Positions 11,615-22,060 of a DNA stretch of 64,000 nucleotides are shown here, piece by piece. This DNA is from Nitrospirales bacterium (lineage in GTDB: Bacteria; Nitrospirota; Nitrospiria; Nitrospirales; UBA8639), in contig CBDBCZ010000001.1 of NCBI GenBank assembly GCA_965203295.1, positions 26,691 through 90,690 on the forward strand, read 5' to 3'. Below the pieces are notes generated by a model. It did not search any database and had not been told where the DNA came from. It saw nothing but the letters and a program-made list of their open reading frames with translations. A program made the position numbers and the translations under genes. How positions within the stretch are numbered: position 1 is the stretch's first letter; every line of letters begins with the position of its first letter.

Positions 11615-13824
11615 ACATTATTTTGTAATTTATCCCTGCTAATAGTAGGGGACGCGGAGTGGCCCCCCCACACTCCGCTTCCCCTTCGTATACAGAAGGG
11701 AGCGCGGAGTGGCCCCCCCACTCCGCTTTCCCTACTAGTACTGTAGGGGATGCGCAGTGGCCCCCCCACTCCGCGTCCCCTATACTAGTATTGTAGGGAA
11801 TGCGCAGTGCCCCCCACTCCGCGTCCCCTACTTATGGCAGGGGGAGGGGATAAACAGTGACCCCCCACTGAATTTTCCCTACTAATGGGAGGGAATCAAG
11901 AGTGACCGTCCAGACATTGCATGGCAGTGCACTTGCATGTACATAGCACTGATGTCCTTGTACAAAAAGGACATGGTTGCAGTTTTGGAGGGCTTAGCTG
12001 AGAATGCCGGGATTTCCACAAGTTATGTGGATAGAAATCCAGCTACTAGAGAGAAGCGGAGCAAGCGCGCCAACATTGCTCGTCGAAAAAGGCAAGCAAA
12101 TGACGTCAATGATGCGCAAGGCCCTCCTGATTGCAATTCCGATTTCAAGAAACCGAAAACTAGAAAGCGAAAGGTGCCTGAAGCTAGTCAGTCAGATCAG
12201 AAGCAAAAGCAGAGGAAGGGAACGGCACCTGAGAGCAGCCAGTCTCTTAGAAAAAAGGTTTATTTCCCTCTTTGATACTTACGTAGGAGGTACACTTTGA
12301 ATTTACAGATGCTTCTCATTTAGCCGAAGCTGACTGCTGTATCTGATTCAGACGGTGAAGACTGCCTGGAATTGCCAATGCAGGTATGTGGTACATGTAA
12401 TTCAAGGGCATGCACACGTACATGTTACATGCAGGATAGTTCAATTAGCAAATTGTTTACATCATCTCTTCTCTTCTCTAGACAACCCCATCCAAACACC
12501 TAAGATCTGATCCTGTTGTTGACTTGTCATCCACTCCTCCATCAGCAGACCTAGTTATCGACCTGACGTCCACACCTCCATCTACAGATGCCATCGTTGA
12601 CTTGGATTTAGTTCCGACACCCCCATCTCGTCCTCCATGGATACCTGAGTTTGAAATTTTTCTCGACGACAAAGAACAGATTCTCTCCGGCTCATGGCTA
12701 CTACAGCAGCATATCACCGCTGCACAGGCTCTTTTGAAACAGAAGTTTTCACAGCAGAATGGACTTCAGAACACAGCAGAGGTGGCTGATTTGCACTACA
12801 GCTGCAGTGCTGATAACTTCGTGCAGATTGTTAACCTGAGCAATACTCACTGGGTGTGTGTGAGCAACCTCAACTGCAAACCTGACGAGGTAGACGTCTA
12901 CGACAGTCTATACGCAACTCCATGCTACACCCTGAAAGAGCAAGTAGCTGCCATTCTTTGCTCACCAGCAGAGAGAATAACTTTACGCATGGTGAACATG
13001 CAGCGTCAGAATGGGGGTGCCGACTGTGGCCTGTTCGCTGTTTCCACAGCTGTGAGTTTGTGTCATGGGAACAATCCAGCTGCTCACGTTAAAGAACAAT
13101 CGCAAATGCGAGAGCACTTCATCTGCTGCTTGGAAAACCGTGATATGGTCGTCTTTCCAGATTCCGACAAGCCAGTCCGTACAAAGCGACGCATCAAGTC
13201 AGAGTGTGCAGTGTCTGTGCATTGCAAGTGTCGTCTTCCGTGGAAAAAGACATCCAAGTCTCGAAGTATGGCCGAGTGCAGCAAATGCAAGCGTTGGTAT
13301 CACCAGGACTGTGAGAACGTACCACCCGCTGTGTTCTCTGATAGTGGCGCAAAGTGGCTTTGTAACTATTGTTTGTAGCTATTTTACAATGTATGCATAA
13401 AATCACACTTGCTGAGTTAATGTTGCATTTACAACCATCGTGATTTGGTGTACATCACAAAGTTTATCATATTTTTATCACAAAGTTTATCATTTCATTA
13501 GCTGGGAAAATACACATGGGGACACAGAGTGGGGGGCCACTGTACACCCCCTGCCATAAGTAGGGGACGCGGAGTGGGGGGGCCACTGCGCATTCCCTAC
13601 AGTACTAGTAGGGGAAGCGGAGTGGGGGGGCCACTGCGCATCCTCTACAGTACTAGTAGGGAAAGCGGAGTGGGGGGGCCACTGCGCATCCTCTACAGTA
13701 CTAGTAGGGAAAGCGGAGTGGGGGGGCCACTCCGCGCTCCCTTCTGTATACGAAGGGGAAGCGGAGTGTGGGGGGGCCACTCCGCGTCCCCTACTATTAG
13801 CAGGGATAAATTACAAAATAATGT
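11615..13824. mobile_element. Foldback-type DNA element with long TIRs made of 48-bp palindromic units; superfamily not assignable
   Basis: ACATTATTTTGTAATTTATCCCTGCTAATAGTAGGGG at 11615 is the exact reverse complement of the sequence ending at 13824. Arrays occupy about 11643-11885 and 13518-13800. No TSD found. Confidence 0.85.
11937..13378 (+). CDS. SIM-repeat / Ulp1 (peptidase C48) / PHD-finger protein, 3 exons, about 425 aa, possibly 5'-truncated
   Basis: Exons 11937-12257, 12324-12383 and 12482-13378 are joined by phase-0 GT/AG introns with an open frame. Catalytic H (THWV), D (YDSL), Q (QRQ) and C (DCGLF) are present. C-terminal C4HC3 PHD: VHCKC...ECSKCKRWYHQDC...WLCNYC. Confidence 0.85.
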
Positions 13825-14099
13825 AAAATTCTACCCACCCATTTTTTTACACTCTATGGACTCTTTTTGCGCCGAACTGTGCATCTATGCTTCATGTTGG
13901 ACAATTATTCTACGCCCGGTGTTACAGGAAATTCGGTCGCAGGAATAATATGAATCCCGCGACGAAATTTCCTAGGAAATTCTGCATTAGTTTACGGGGC
14001 TGGTAGAGCTGGTGCGCAAACGCCACAAACCTAAACCATAGATAATATGTACTCCACACCATCTGTTATACTGGAGGGATTCAAATTCCATTCCTAAGT

Positions 14100-15300
14100 T
14101 CGTCGGCAGGAGGCTACCTTCGTTGCAGAACTGAGGAAATTATTGCAGCACTGCAAATTCGGCGACTCTCAGGATGGTATGCTGCGCGATCGTCTGGTCT
14201 GCCGGATCAACCAACCCAGCATGCAGCGCCGGCTCTTAGCCGAAGTGGCACTCACCTTCAAGAAGGCGCTCGAGATTCACAAGCATTTGAGTCGGCTGAG
14301 AAGAATTCACGACATTTGCAGACGTCAGCTGGTGCACTCGATCTACTGAGCACAGTGCACGCACTTTTGCGACAGTATCACACGGGCCGTCGAAACCGTC
14401 GCAATGGAGACGAAGAGAATTCCTGCTTCCGATGCCGAGGCAAGCACGGTCCAGAGGAGTGTCGGTTTAAGGACACAGACTGCCACAGGTGTTGAAAGAA
14501 GGGCCATTTCGCTTGCGCATGTCAGAGCATGATATGGCGGAGAGGGCAAAGGAAAACACCCGTACTCACTGGCTCGCGGAGAAAGGTGAACCAGAAGCCG
14601 GAGAGTACAGTTTAGTTTAAATTACCAGCGTCCCAGAGCAGACGAAATCGTTGTTAGTAACTTCGGAAGTCAATGAGGTGGACCTGCAGATGGAAGTCGA
14701 CACAGGTGCCCCTTTATTAAGAGGAAGTCTATCGCCGAAACTGGACAGCAGCACTTCAGGAAGTGGTTGTGGAATTGGTTACCTACACTGGGCACAGTGT
14801 TGAGGTGGTGGCATGGTTCTCGTGAAGTCGCTGTGCGGTATAAGGGACATTACGGATGCCCACCCCTATTAGTGGTTCGAGGGCATGGACAATCACTATA
14901 CTGGGCCGAGATTGGAGAGCTTGACCTCGACTGGAGGGAACTTCTCTACAAGAGCTAGTTTTATATAATGCTAAGAGGGGAGGGATCTAGTAACTGTGAA
15001 CTTTTAGTATTTAGTATGTCCCCTTATTTGTACAGGTTGGTGCATGTACATGCTTTGTAGGAATGATCTCAGTCGATGTTTTGGATGTGCTGTATGTATG
15101 TATAGTAGTGTTTATAAATTGTATAGGTGTTAGATCCTGTAGGGTTGTGATGTCCATGTAGGCTTATTTGGTAGTGCTGTCAGTACTTCTAGAATTTTCT
15201 GTACACTACATGTACATGTATAAACAAGGATTTGTCATATTGACAAGTGGTGTGCTGTCTGAGTTACAGAGGGAGTTCAAGAAGGGAAATACACTAATGA
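14100..15300 (+). mobile_element. Gypsy-type relic (gag-protease fragment, PPT, probable LTR)
   Basis: CKFGDSQDGMLRDRLVCRIN...QRRLLAE, double zinc knuckle (CFRCRGKH...C, CHRC*KKGH), protease MEVDTGA at about 14690, PPT AAGAGGGGAGGGA at about 14974, then LTR-like sequence. RT and integrase are absent. Confidence 0.75.
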
Positions 15301-15439
15301 TGGGTCTGTAATAATATTTAATATGTTTTTACATTCTCAGACTAAGAAAGCGGAAAACAATCTAATCTGTATCCATGCATGTAATGTGTTTACAGATTGG
15401 AAACTTAAGCAACAACCCACTAGTCGATAGGACAGTTCT

Positions 15440-16734
15440 ATTTTTACCAGCCGGAGCGCGCGCAGCGTGTGAACGGCTGGTACTAAGATTGATTTACGTT
15501 TTCCGCGTTTGTTTGTTTGTTTGTTTGTTTGTTTGTTTGTTTGTCTGTATGTTTGTGCGTCCGCACTTATCACGTGCGCAATATATTGCGTCATACGTTA
15601 CTATGCAACTGCAGTGTATAGCAGCTTTTGGAGGTTTGCGGGCCAAGCTACAGCAAATGAAGGTAGTTTTGTGTTGCCTAGATGGCGAAAACGTGGTAGG
15701 TAGCCGTAAAGATCCTGTTTTGGTGGCGTATAGCTACTAACTGGAGGCGCATGACGAAACTGCTGAGTCAGCACTTTCGCTGTACCGCTCTAGGAATATA
15801 GTTTCTCTGGCTCTATAGCTGTAGTTTAGTAGCTTGGTCTAAGCTGAGTTGTGTGTATTGTACGGGAAATGCGTCCGGCTGGTTTTTTAGACTTGTTGAT
15901 GTGAGCTATAGGCAGACCTATAAATAGCGTGCTAATACTTGTCTTGTCAGCTGTGTGTGTTTGAAGAATAATATTGGTTAGTAACTTGCAATGTGCGAGA
16001 TCGGAGTCATCGGTGTAGGTGGTAGGTATTTTGTTTGCATACAGAACCAGAACATAGCAAGGAAAAAAGAGCATGAGAGAAGTGAGGGTGGTAATGGAGG
16101 CTAACAAGATCCACAAAACCAAGGGCCCTTTCCACTCAAACGTTGCTTGGAAATGCGAGTGCAATCAGTGTGGAACCGTTCTTTACACCACCCACATTGA
16201 GCCCTACCAGCCATTCTTGAGCGTTCTCATCACTAACCAGACTGTTAGCGTTGCTAAAGAGTATCACTTAAAATACCAAACTAGTAAAACGGCCAGGCTA
16301 GCACAATAACGCCTGAGGCGCTTACAATGATTCTAACACGAATAAGCATCATTTTCTCGGAGTATTGCACTCATAACATAGCGTATTCACGAATAAGGTT
16401 CGGCAGTGATTCACGAGTACTCTCAAGCGAAAGCTCACTGTTGCACGCCATTTAACAACTCGGATTACATATTGCGCAGACTGCACGTGTTTGTCTATTT
16501 AATGCCTCGTGCAGTCTGCTTGGGCCTGCAGGCCTGAGCTAGCCTTGAACCCAGGCAAGGCCTTACACACCCAGATTTTATCTTGCAACCGTGGAGGATT
16601 TTTCTCCATGGCTACGAGATAAACCATAGAGAAAAATCAGTATTTTTCTCACCGGTTGCAAGATTAAATCTGGGTGTACATGTGTAAGGCCTGGGTTGAG
16701 CCTAGGCCTGAGCTGCGAGTTGCATCTCCTAGTT
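15440..16734 (+). mobile_element. Helentron-associated (HINE/DINE-like) non-autonomous element
   Basis: T-run followed by the hairpin ACCAGCCG...CGGCTGGT, an internal (GTTT)n/GTCT microsatellite at 15507-15550, and a CTAGTT-like 3' end. The right boundary is uncertain. Confidence 0.5.
16540..16704. mobile_element. MITE with TAG...CTA termini and 9-bp TSD (Academ-like)
   Basis: TIR TAGCCTTGAACCCAGGC / GCCTGGGTTGAGCCTA; TSD GGCCTGAGC at 16531-16539 and 16705-16713. Confidence 0.8.
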
Positions 16735-17001
16735 CATTGCTGCATAAGTTAGCTATATAAAATGAAGACACTTTACTCACATGGTTGATTATATTTGGTT
16801 GGCGAATGGCTTCTGGCCAGAGGTGCTGTTGAGAAATTATAACCGTATTCTTGTGTAGCCAGACTAACCGGTGTCATAAGGAAAAGACTCCATCTATAAG
16901 TACCTTGAATATGTTGTAATGGGATGAATAATACTGGAGGGGGCAGGCAGCTATATATTCGTCTGTGTGATACCGTAAACTACGTATTATCCGCCCATGA
17001 T

Positions 17002-17749
17002 CAGAGGAGGTTGGAAGTGATCACGTGCGCTAATAGTGGAATGTAATTAGCTATGTTGGCTGATATGTAAAGAAAGCGTCTCGGGCAGAGAGGAGCAATA
17101 ACAGCCGCTCCGCGAGTGATCTTGTGTAAGTTTAGCAGTTTTTAAAGCAAAATAGCTAAAATTTAAATGGTAAAACCGCTACCATACCGAAATTTTTGCA
17201 ACCTCACTGAGAATTCGATGCAATCAAGCCCAATCTTTTGCAGCACAGCTCCATACTTGCAAGCCAAGGTTTTTGAGGCGGCGTCCTCACCCGTCCCCTT
17301 GAAGGTTGCAGAGCTACAAAACGTTCTGTAGGCCAGATACCAGAAACCTCTGCATACCTTCCGTATTCATCTCAATGGAATGCTATTAGCTGTACGTGAC
17401 ATCATGCGTTTATTGACGTACACGTGATCGCAACCTCCTCTGGCCCTAGTCTCGTGCCCAGCCCCACGTTAGGAAGGTGGGTCTGGATCCCCGCATATTC
17501 AAAGTTGGGGCAGCATTACGTCAGCGGTCCCAGATCTGGACCGGCGATGTGATTGGTTGATTATAGTATTACATCACTAAACGGTGTGAATATCCGGATA
17601 CTACAACCGTTTAGTGATGTAATACTATAGTCGACCAATCACATCGCCGGTCCAGATCTGGGACCGCTGACGTAATGCTGCCCCAACTTTGAATATGCGG
17701 GGAGCCAGACCCACCTTCCTAACGTGGGGCTGGGCACGAGACTACTCTG
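17002..17749. mobile_element. TIR element with 9-bp TSD; an Academ-like MITE is inserted across its right junction
   Basis: CAGAGGAGGTTG...CAACCTCCTCTG termini; GCCCATGAT at 16993-17001 and 17750-17758. Confidence 0.7.
17447..17744. mobile_element. Near-perfect palindromic MITE, TAG...CTA termini, 9-bp TSD (Academ-like)
   Basis: Arms of about 140 bp, TAGTCTCGTGCCCAGCCCC / GGGGCTGGGCACGAGACTA; TSD CTCTGGCCC at 17438-17446 and 17745-17753. Confidence 0.9.
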
Positions 17750-17903
17750 GCCCATGATGTATTATCCGCCCATCCCCCTCTTTGAGTCAAAGTTACGTCT
17801 GGGGGTATTTATGTACTTAGTATCCGCCCACCCTTAAATACCATCCATGCGAGCTAAACATGTATCTAACAACTGAAAATTCCAAGACAACGAGCCGAAT
17901 TAA

Positions 17904-18618
17904 GGTTACGGGATACTGACCCGCTTTGATTTAATAGTCTAGTGAGTGAACGATGAATATCTTTGCAACTATAGGCCCTATAGCCACGATCTTTTCAGCA
18001 TTTATTCATGGCTACTAGTTGTGTACCCAATACAGAAAGCTTGTCTGTGAGCCCCTCCCTTGTTTAGATAGCGGTAATGGAAGTTTCAGCTGTTCACAGT
18101 AATTTTTCTCGCCAAAAATCGCTGAAGCCACTGCTGTTGCTAGGCCACTACAGCTCTCTAAGGATTCCTCACTATATTCAGGAGGGACTGACGGAGGCTT
18201 TTTTGGTAGTTTCTCTCTGATACATGAGATATAGCCTCTTAAAGCTAAGAAGGTGGGGTCCAGAGCGCTCAGAGCCATACTTATCAACTTGCCACTCTGT
18301 TGATATAGATAATTGCTTCAAAAGCCTTCGTCAGTCCCTCGTGAATATAGTGAGGAATCCTTAGAGAGCTGTAATGGCCTAGTAACAGCAGTGGCTTCAG
18401 CGATTTTTGGCGAGAAAAATTATTGTGAACAGCTGAAACTTCCATTACCGCTATCTAAACAAGGGAGGGGCTCACAGACAAACTTTCTGTACCGAGTACA
18501 CAACTAGTAGCCATGAATAAATGCTGAAAAGATCGTGGCTATAGGGCCTATAGTTGCAAAGATATTCATTGTTCACTCATTAGACTATTAAATCAAAGCG
18601 GGTCAGTATCCCGTAACC
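17904..18618. mobile_element. Kolobok-like MITE, TIRs about 300 bp, TTAA TSD
   Basis: TTAA|GGTTACGGGATACTGACCCGC ... GCGGGTCAGTATCCCGTAACC|TTAA; purine-purine termini. Confidence 0.85.
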
Positions 18619-19199
18619 TTAAACGACAAAATTCGATCTTCAGTGCGCTTTAATTGGAATACCGACTTCAAGTCCGTCAGCCACTTCGCTTTTTAGCTGC
18701 TAATAGCAGTCTGCATGCTTCCATAATAGCTAGTTCAACACAATTTCCATTCACTGTGGTGCGGTACTTGCCTAGAAAAGCTATACTTACCTTGTATATT
18801 CGCTTTGCATACCGCGCGTTGGGAATGCGTTCCGGCGAGTGGGCGGATACTACATCGTATTTATAAAAACTACGTATTATCCGCCCACCCCCCTCTTTCA
18901 GCTTGCACCTAAGTGGCCCGCCCATGGGCGGATAATACGCACTTTACGGTACTAAAAACTGCAGTACATGTCTTTGTCCTTGGCAAGTACCCGCAGTGCA
19001 AATAGCTACCATTTATACAACTGTCCACACACAGACAGACACAATTGCCTCCAGTGAAACACAGACACTGCACTGTACCTACTGCACTCTACAACTGCGT
19101 AGCCTCAAACCCGGATCTTCCACATGGAAGGCCTCACTTCGAAGCTACTCTAGCACCACTCAATCATTACCGCACAAGCATATTGCTCATGCATAATAT

Positions 19200-19259
19200 T
19201 AGCCTCATCCCCAGGCTCTTCGTGGGGCCGAAAAAGTCGCGGGCCTGGGAATGAGGCTA
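19200..19259. mobile_element. Very short TAG...CTA MITE
   Basis: TAGCCTCATCCCCAGGC / GCCTGGGAATGAGGCTA. Confidence 0.65.
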
Positions 19260-20858
19260 CATGCATATCCCACACAACCACACTTACGTACATGTTCACC
19301 ATGGTGCTACCACCACAAAAAAAGAGTAGGAACAAGTTTTAGAAAGAGCATGTAGGGATGAAATCACAAAAAAAGCAACTAAACAAGGTACGACAGAACT
19401 TTCATGCACAGATTACCATTGATCCCTACATCTTGCCAAACACACACACACCACAATTCCCTCCATACGAAGTAGAGACACTTTTCACACAACCCTATAC
19501 AACTGCCTACCTTGTTTGTTAACTTTATTGCAATTCTATCCCTACATGCTTTTCATTTTCAATGTTTTTTTCTATGAATCTTATACTACAGCTCAGCATG
19601 GTCAGCATGTTATCACAACAGAAGATGGCTATCTCACTGATAGCTAGAAGATGGCTATCACAGCTGTAGGTCAGCCAGGCATGCATGTGCATGGTGAATA
19701 CTGGCTGAAAGTTGTTTATCTGTATTGCAGCCATAAAAGGATAACCCAAGTACAGAGTGCACATGGATGTCCCAGTATGGAGTGTCATGTAGCAAAAAAT
19801 ACAATACAACTGCCTAATAATTAAAAAAATTTATTGGCAATGACATTAATTGGCAATAAAATCATAATTAGGGACATTTCGTTCACAATAAAGGAACAGT
19901 TTTGAAGGAATTAGCTAAAAGAAGGGCTGGAGATAGGTTGAATAATGAAATCATGGATAATATAGTGATAACACTTCCTGCTTCATTTTCGCTCTGCATG
20001 TGGTGACTACCAACTGCTTCATAACTCTGAAGTTGCCCCCATTCTAAAAAGGACGTGGCTATTACCCTGACCCCTAGCCCCATTACGAGGGGTAGTCACT
20101 TCCGTGTTGGTTGTGAGACGTTTGTGAACGAGATCAAAACGGAATTAAGTGATCATGGTAGTTTTTAGGAGACGATCAAGGCATCAGGACAAAATCCGAG
20201 CAACAAAAGTCATAGTCTCGTGACCAGACAATGCAAAAGACTACAAAAATCAATGGAGCAATGATCAGTCCTTGAATCTACGGAGGTGTAGTGAACACCC
20301 GAAAATTTTGCGTTTGAGGTTCATTTTCGCCGATCAAAAAGCTTGCTCCCGTTCATAAAACCGTTCTATAGGCGGTACAGGGGTTTGCGGGGTGGTTGTC
20401 CAGTGCAATAAGCAAATAGTAGTAACTGTGCAGACTGCTATCCTTTGATTCTGGCAGCCTAACCTAATTAAGTACTTGAGAGCCACTACCTATTTGGGCC
20501 TCTGTATGAAGTACGTACCCCTTGTATTATCCCAACCAACTTCCTGCCGTACTGTACCAACAGCCACATGCACTACTAAGTGTTCCTATGGGTATGCTGA
20601 GTAAACCGACGCAGCTCCAGCGCCTTTACCGTACATAGTAGCTACACATGCATCCTTAATACAGTAATGTTCAACCATACGATCGGTATAGATCTAAGTG
20701 CTCAATTTAGTCATATACAATAAGCTACCACTTACTTTCATCAAAATGTGGTTACGTCGGACGACACTCCCTCCTATGCTCCCTCCAAGGACAGTTTGAG
20801 CGCGGACGTGTTTACTAGGCCTACAACATTTAGTGCAAATCTACCACGGGGCAAGTTA

Positions 20859-21203
20859 GGGGGTATCTCCAAATGAAAATTCTACGCTTAGTGTCATAGT
20901 GACGCTAAAAAAATACCCCCCCCCCCCTTAGCGTCACGCATACATAATCATGCCTTCTGCAGTACTGGCAGCAAACACTTCAGCGAAGTTCTGATAGATG
21001 TCTATCGGGTTTTTGTATACAAAATACTTCTTGGAAGGCAGAGCCTCACCGAACAATATAGTCTGCCGCAGCATGCCTACGCCGTCACAGAACGTGCTCA
21101 CGCGACTGCAATTTTTTACGTCACAGCTTAACCCCCCCCCCCCCCCCCCCGCCCCCCCCTTAACTATGATGCTAAGCGTTGAATTTTCATTTGGAGATGC
21201 CCC
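20859..21203. mobile_element. PIF/Harbinger-like MITE
   Basis: TIR GGGG(T/C)ATCTCCAAATGAAAATTC...CATAG of about 40 bp, flanked by TTA on both sides. Confidence 0.75.
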
Positions 21204-21770
21204 CTTACGGTTGCGGCTTAAATTTAATTGCTGCTTTAATTGCTGCTAGGCTGCTATCTGTAGGTAGCCTATTGCAGGGTGGGGAAAGAGTTCGCTCCAC
21301 CCTGCCTGGCCCCTCCTAGCGTTTTCGAACATCAGTATATTGCAGCGTTTCCTAACAGCGCACGGGTGCCAAAGGTCACGTTCGCTAACGTAACGCTGCC
21401 GGGGGGGTGGGGTATAGGACAGAGGAGATACGTCAGCATCACGTGCTAAGCGGCAACTAGTCACATGACCGGTAAGTATATCGAGCTATTTTACTTGGAA
21501 GAGGGGATCTGACATCATCTGTGCGTTTGTGCGTAACTTTTTCGAGAGGTATTCCAGCTAATGACTGCTATAAATCAGCAGTCAATACTTTCTACCATCA
21601 TTGTAGGCATCTACCGTACTTCTAGCGAGTGGCTTACCGATATACTCTTGCAGTTCAGCCCGATCTTTAGGTCCATGATTTTTGCCTTCAAAAAGTAAGC
21701 CTTTTGAGCGGCTGAGCCCCTCTGAGCCCCTCTGAGCCCCCGGCAAAATAGCGAGAAAATCGAGGTTTTA

Positions 21771-22060
21771 GCTGCCAACTGTGCCGCTCTGTTGGAGTGA
21801 ACTTCATTCCCATGATTGTGGAGACACTTGGTGGGTGGAGCCCTAGAGCAGTGGAGGTGATCAAGACGATCGGTCGCCTACAGGGCCAACGACTTGGTAA
21901 CCCTCCTGCAGACTCTACCACCCACCTGTTTCAGCGTCTCGCCATCTACCTCTGGAGAGGGAATGCCTCCCTCTGGGTGCGAAGAATCCCCATCCGACCA
22001 TCTGAGGTCGATGGGGTCATCTAACTTTTTGTTTACTGTTTGTTTTTCTACTTTTATATA
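21771..22060 (+). mobile_element. 5'-truncated RLE-type (CRE-like) non-LTR retrotransposon 3' end
   Basis: FIPMIVETLGGWS...LFQRLAIYLWRGNA is the typical C-terminus of a restriction-like endonuclease domain; stop at 22024, followed by a T-rich tail. Confidence 0.75.

Larger units (their letters stand above)
16973..18949. mobile_element. Tc1/mariner-like MITE (TA TSD) hosting three nested insertions
   Basis: TA|CCGTAAACTACGTATTATCCGCCCATG ... CATGGGCGGATAATACGCACTTTACGG|TA, with internal repeats of TATTATCCGCCCA. Confidence 0.75.

Noticed and set aside
11643..13800. Palindromic repeat arrays as CRISPR arrays
   Set aside because: No unique spacers, no cas genes and a eukaryotic context; the two arrays are inverted copies forming TIRs.
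11624..13814. TGT...ACA termini suggesting a Ginger element
   Set aside because: The inverted match extends beyond TGT, there is no 4-bp direct TSD and no integrase is present; superfamily left unassigned.
13490..13948. ORFs with 16-aa repeats (PPHSAFPTSTVEDAQW)
   Set aside because: Translations of the 48-bp TIR units.
15337..15740. Hydrophobic FVCLFVCL ORFs resembling membrane proteins
   Set aside because: Derived from the (GTTT)n microsatellite.
18015..18507. Two near-identical ORFs on opposite strands
   Set aside because: They are the two arms of the Kolobok-like MITE.
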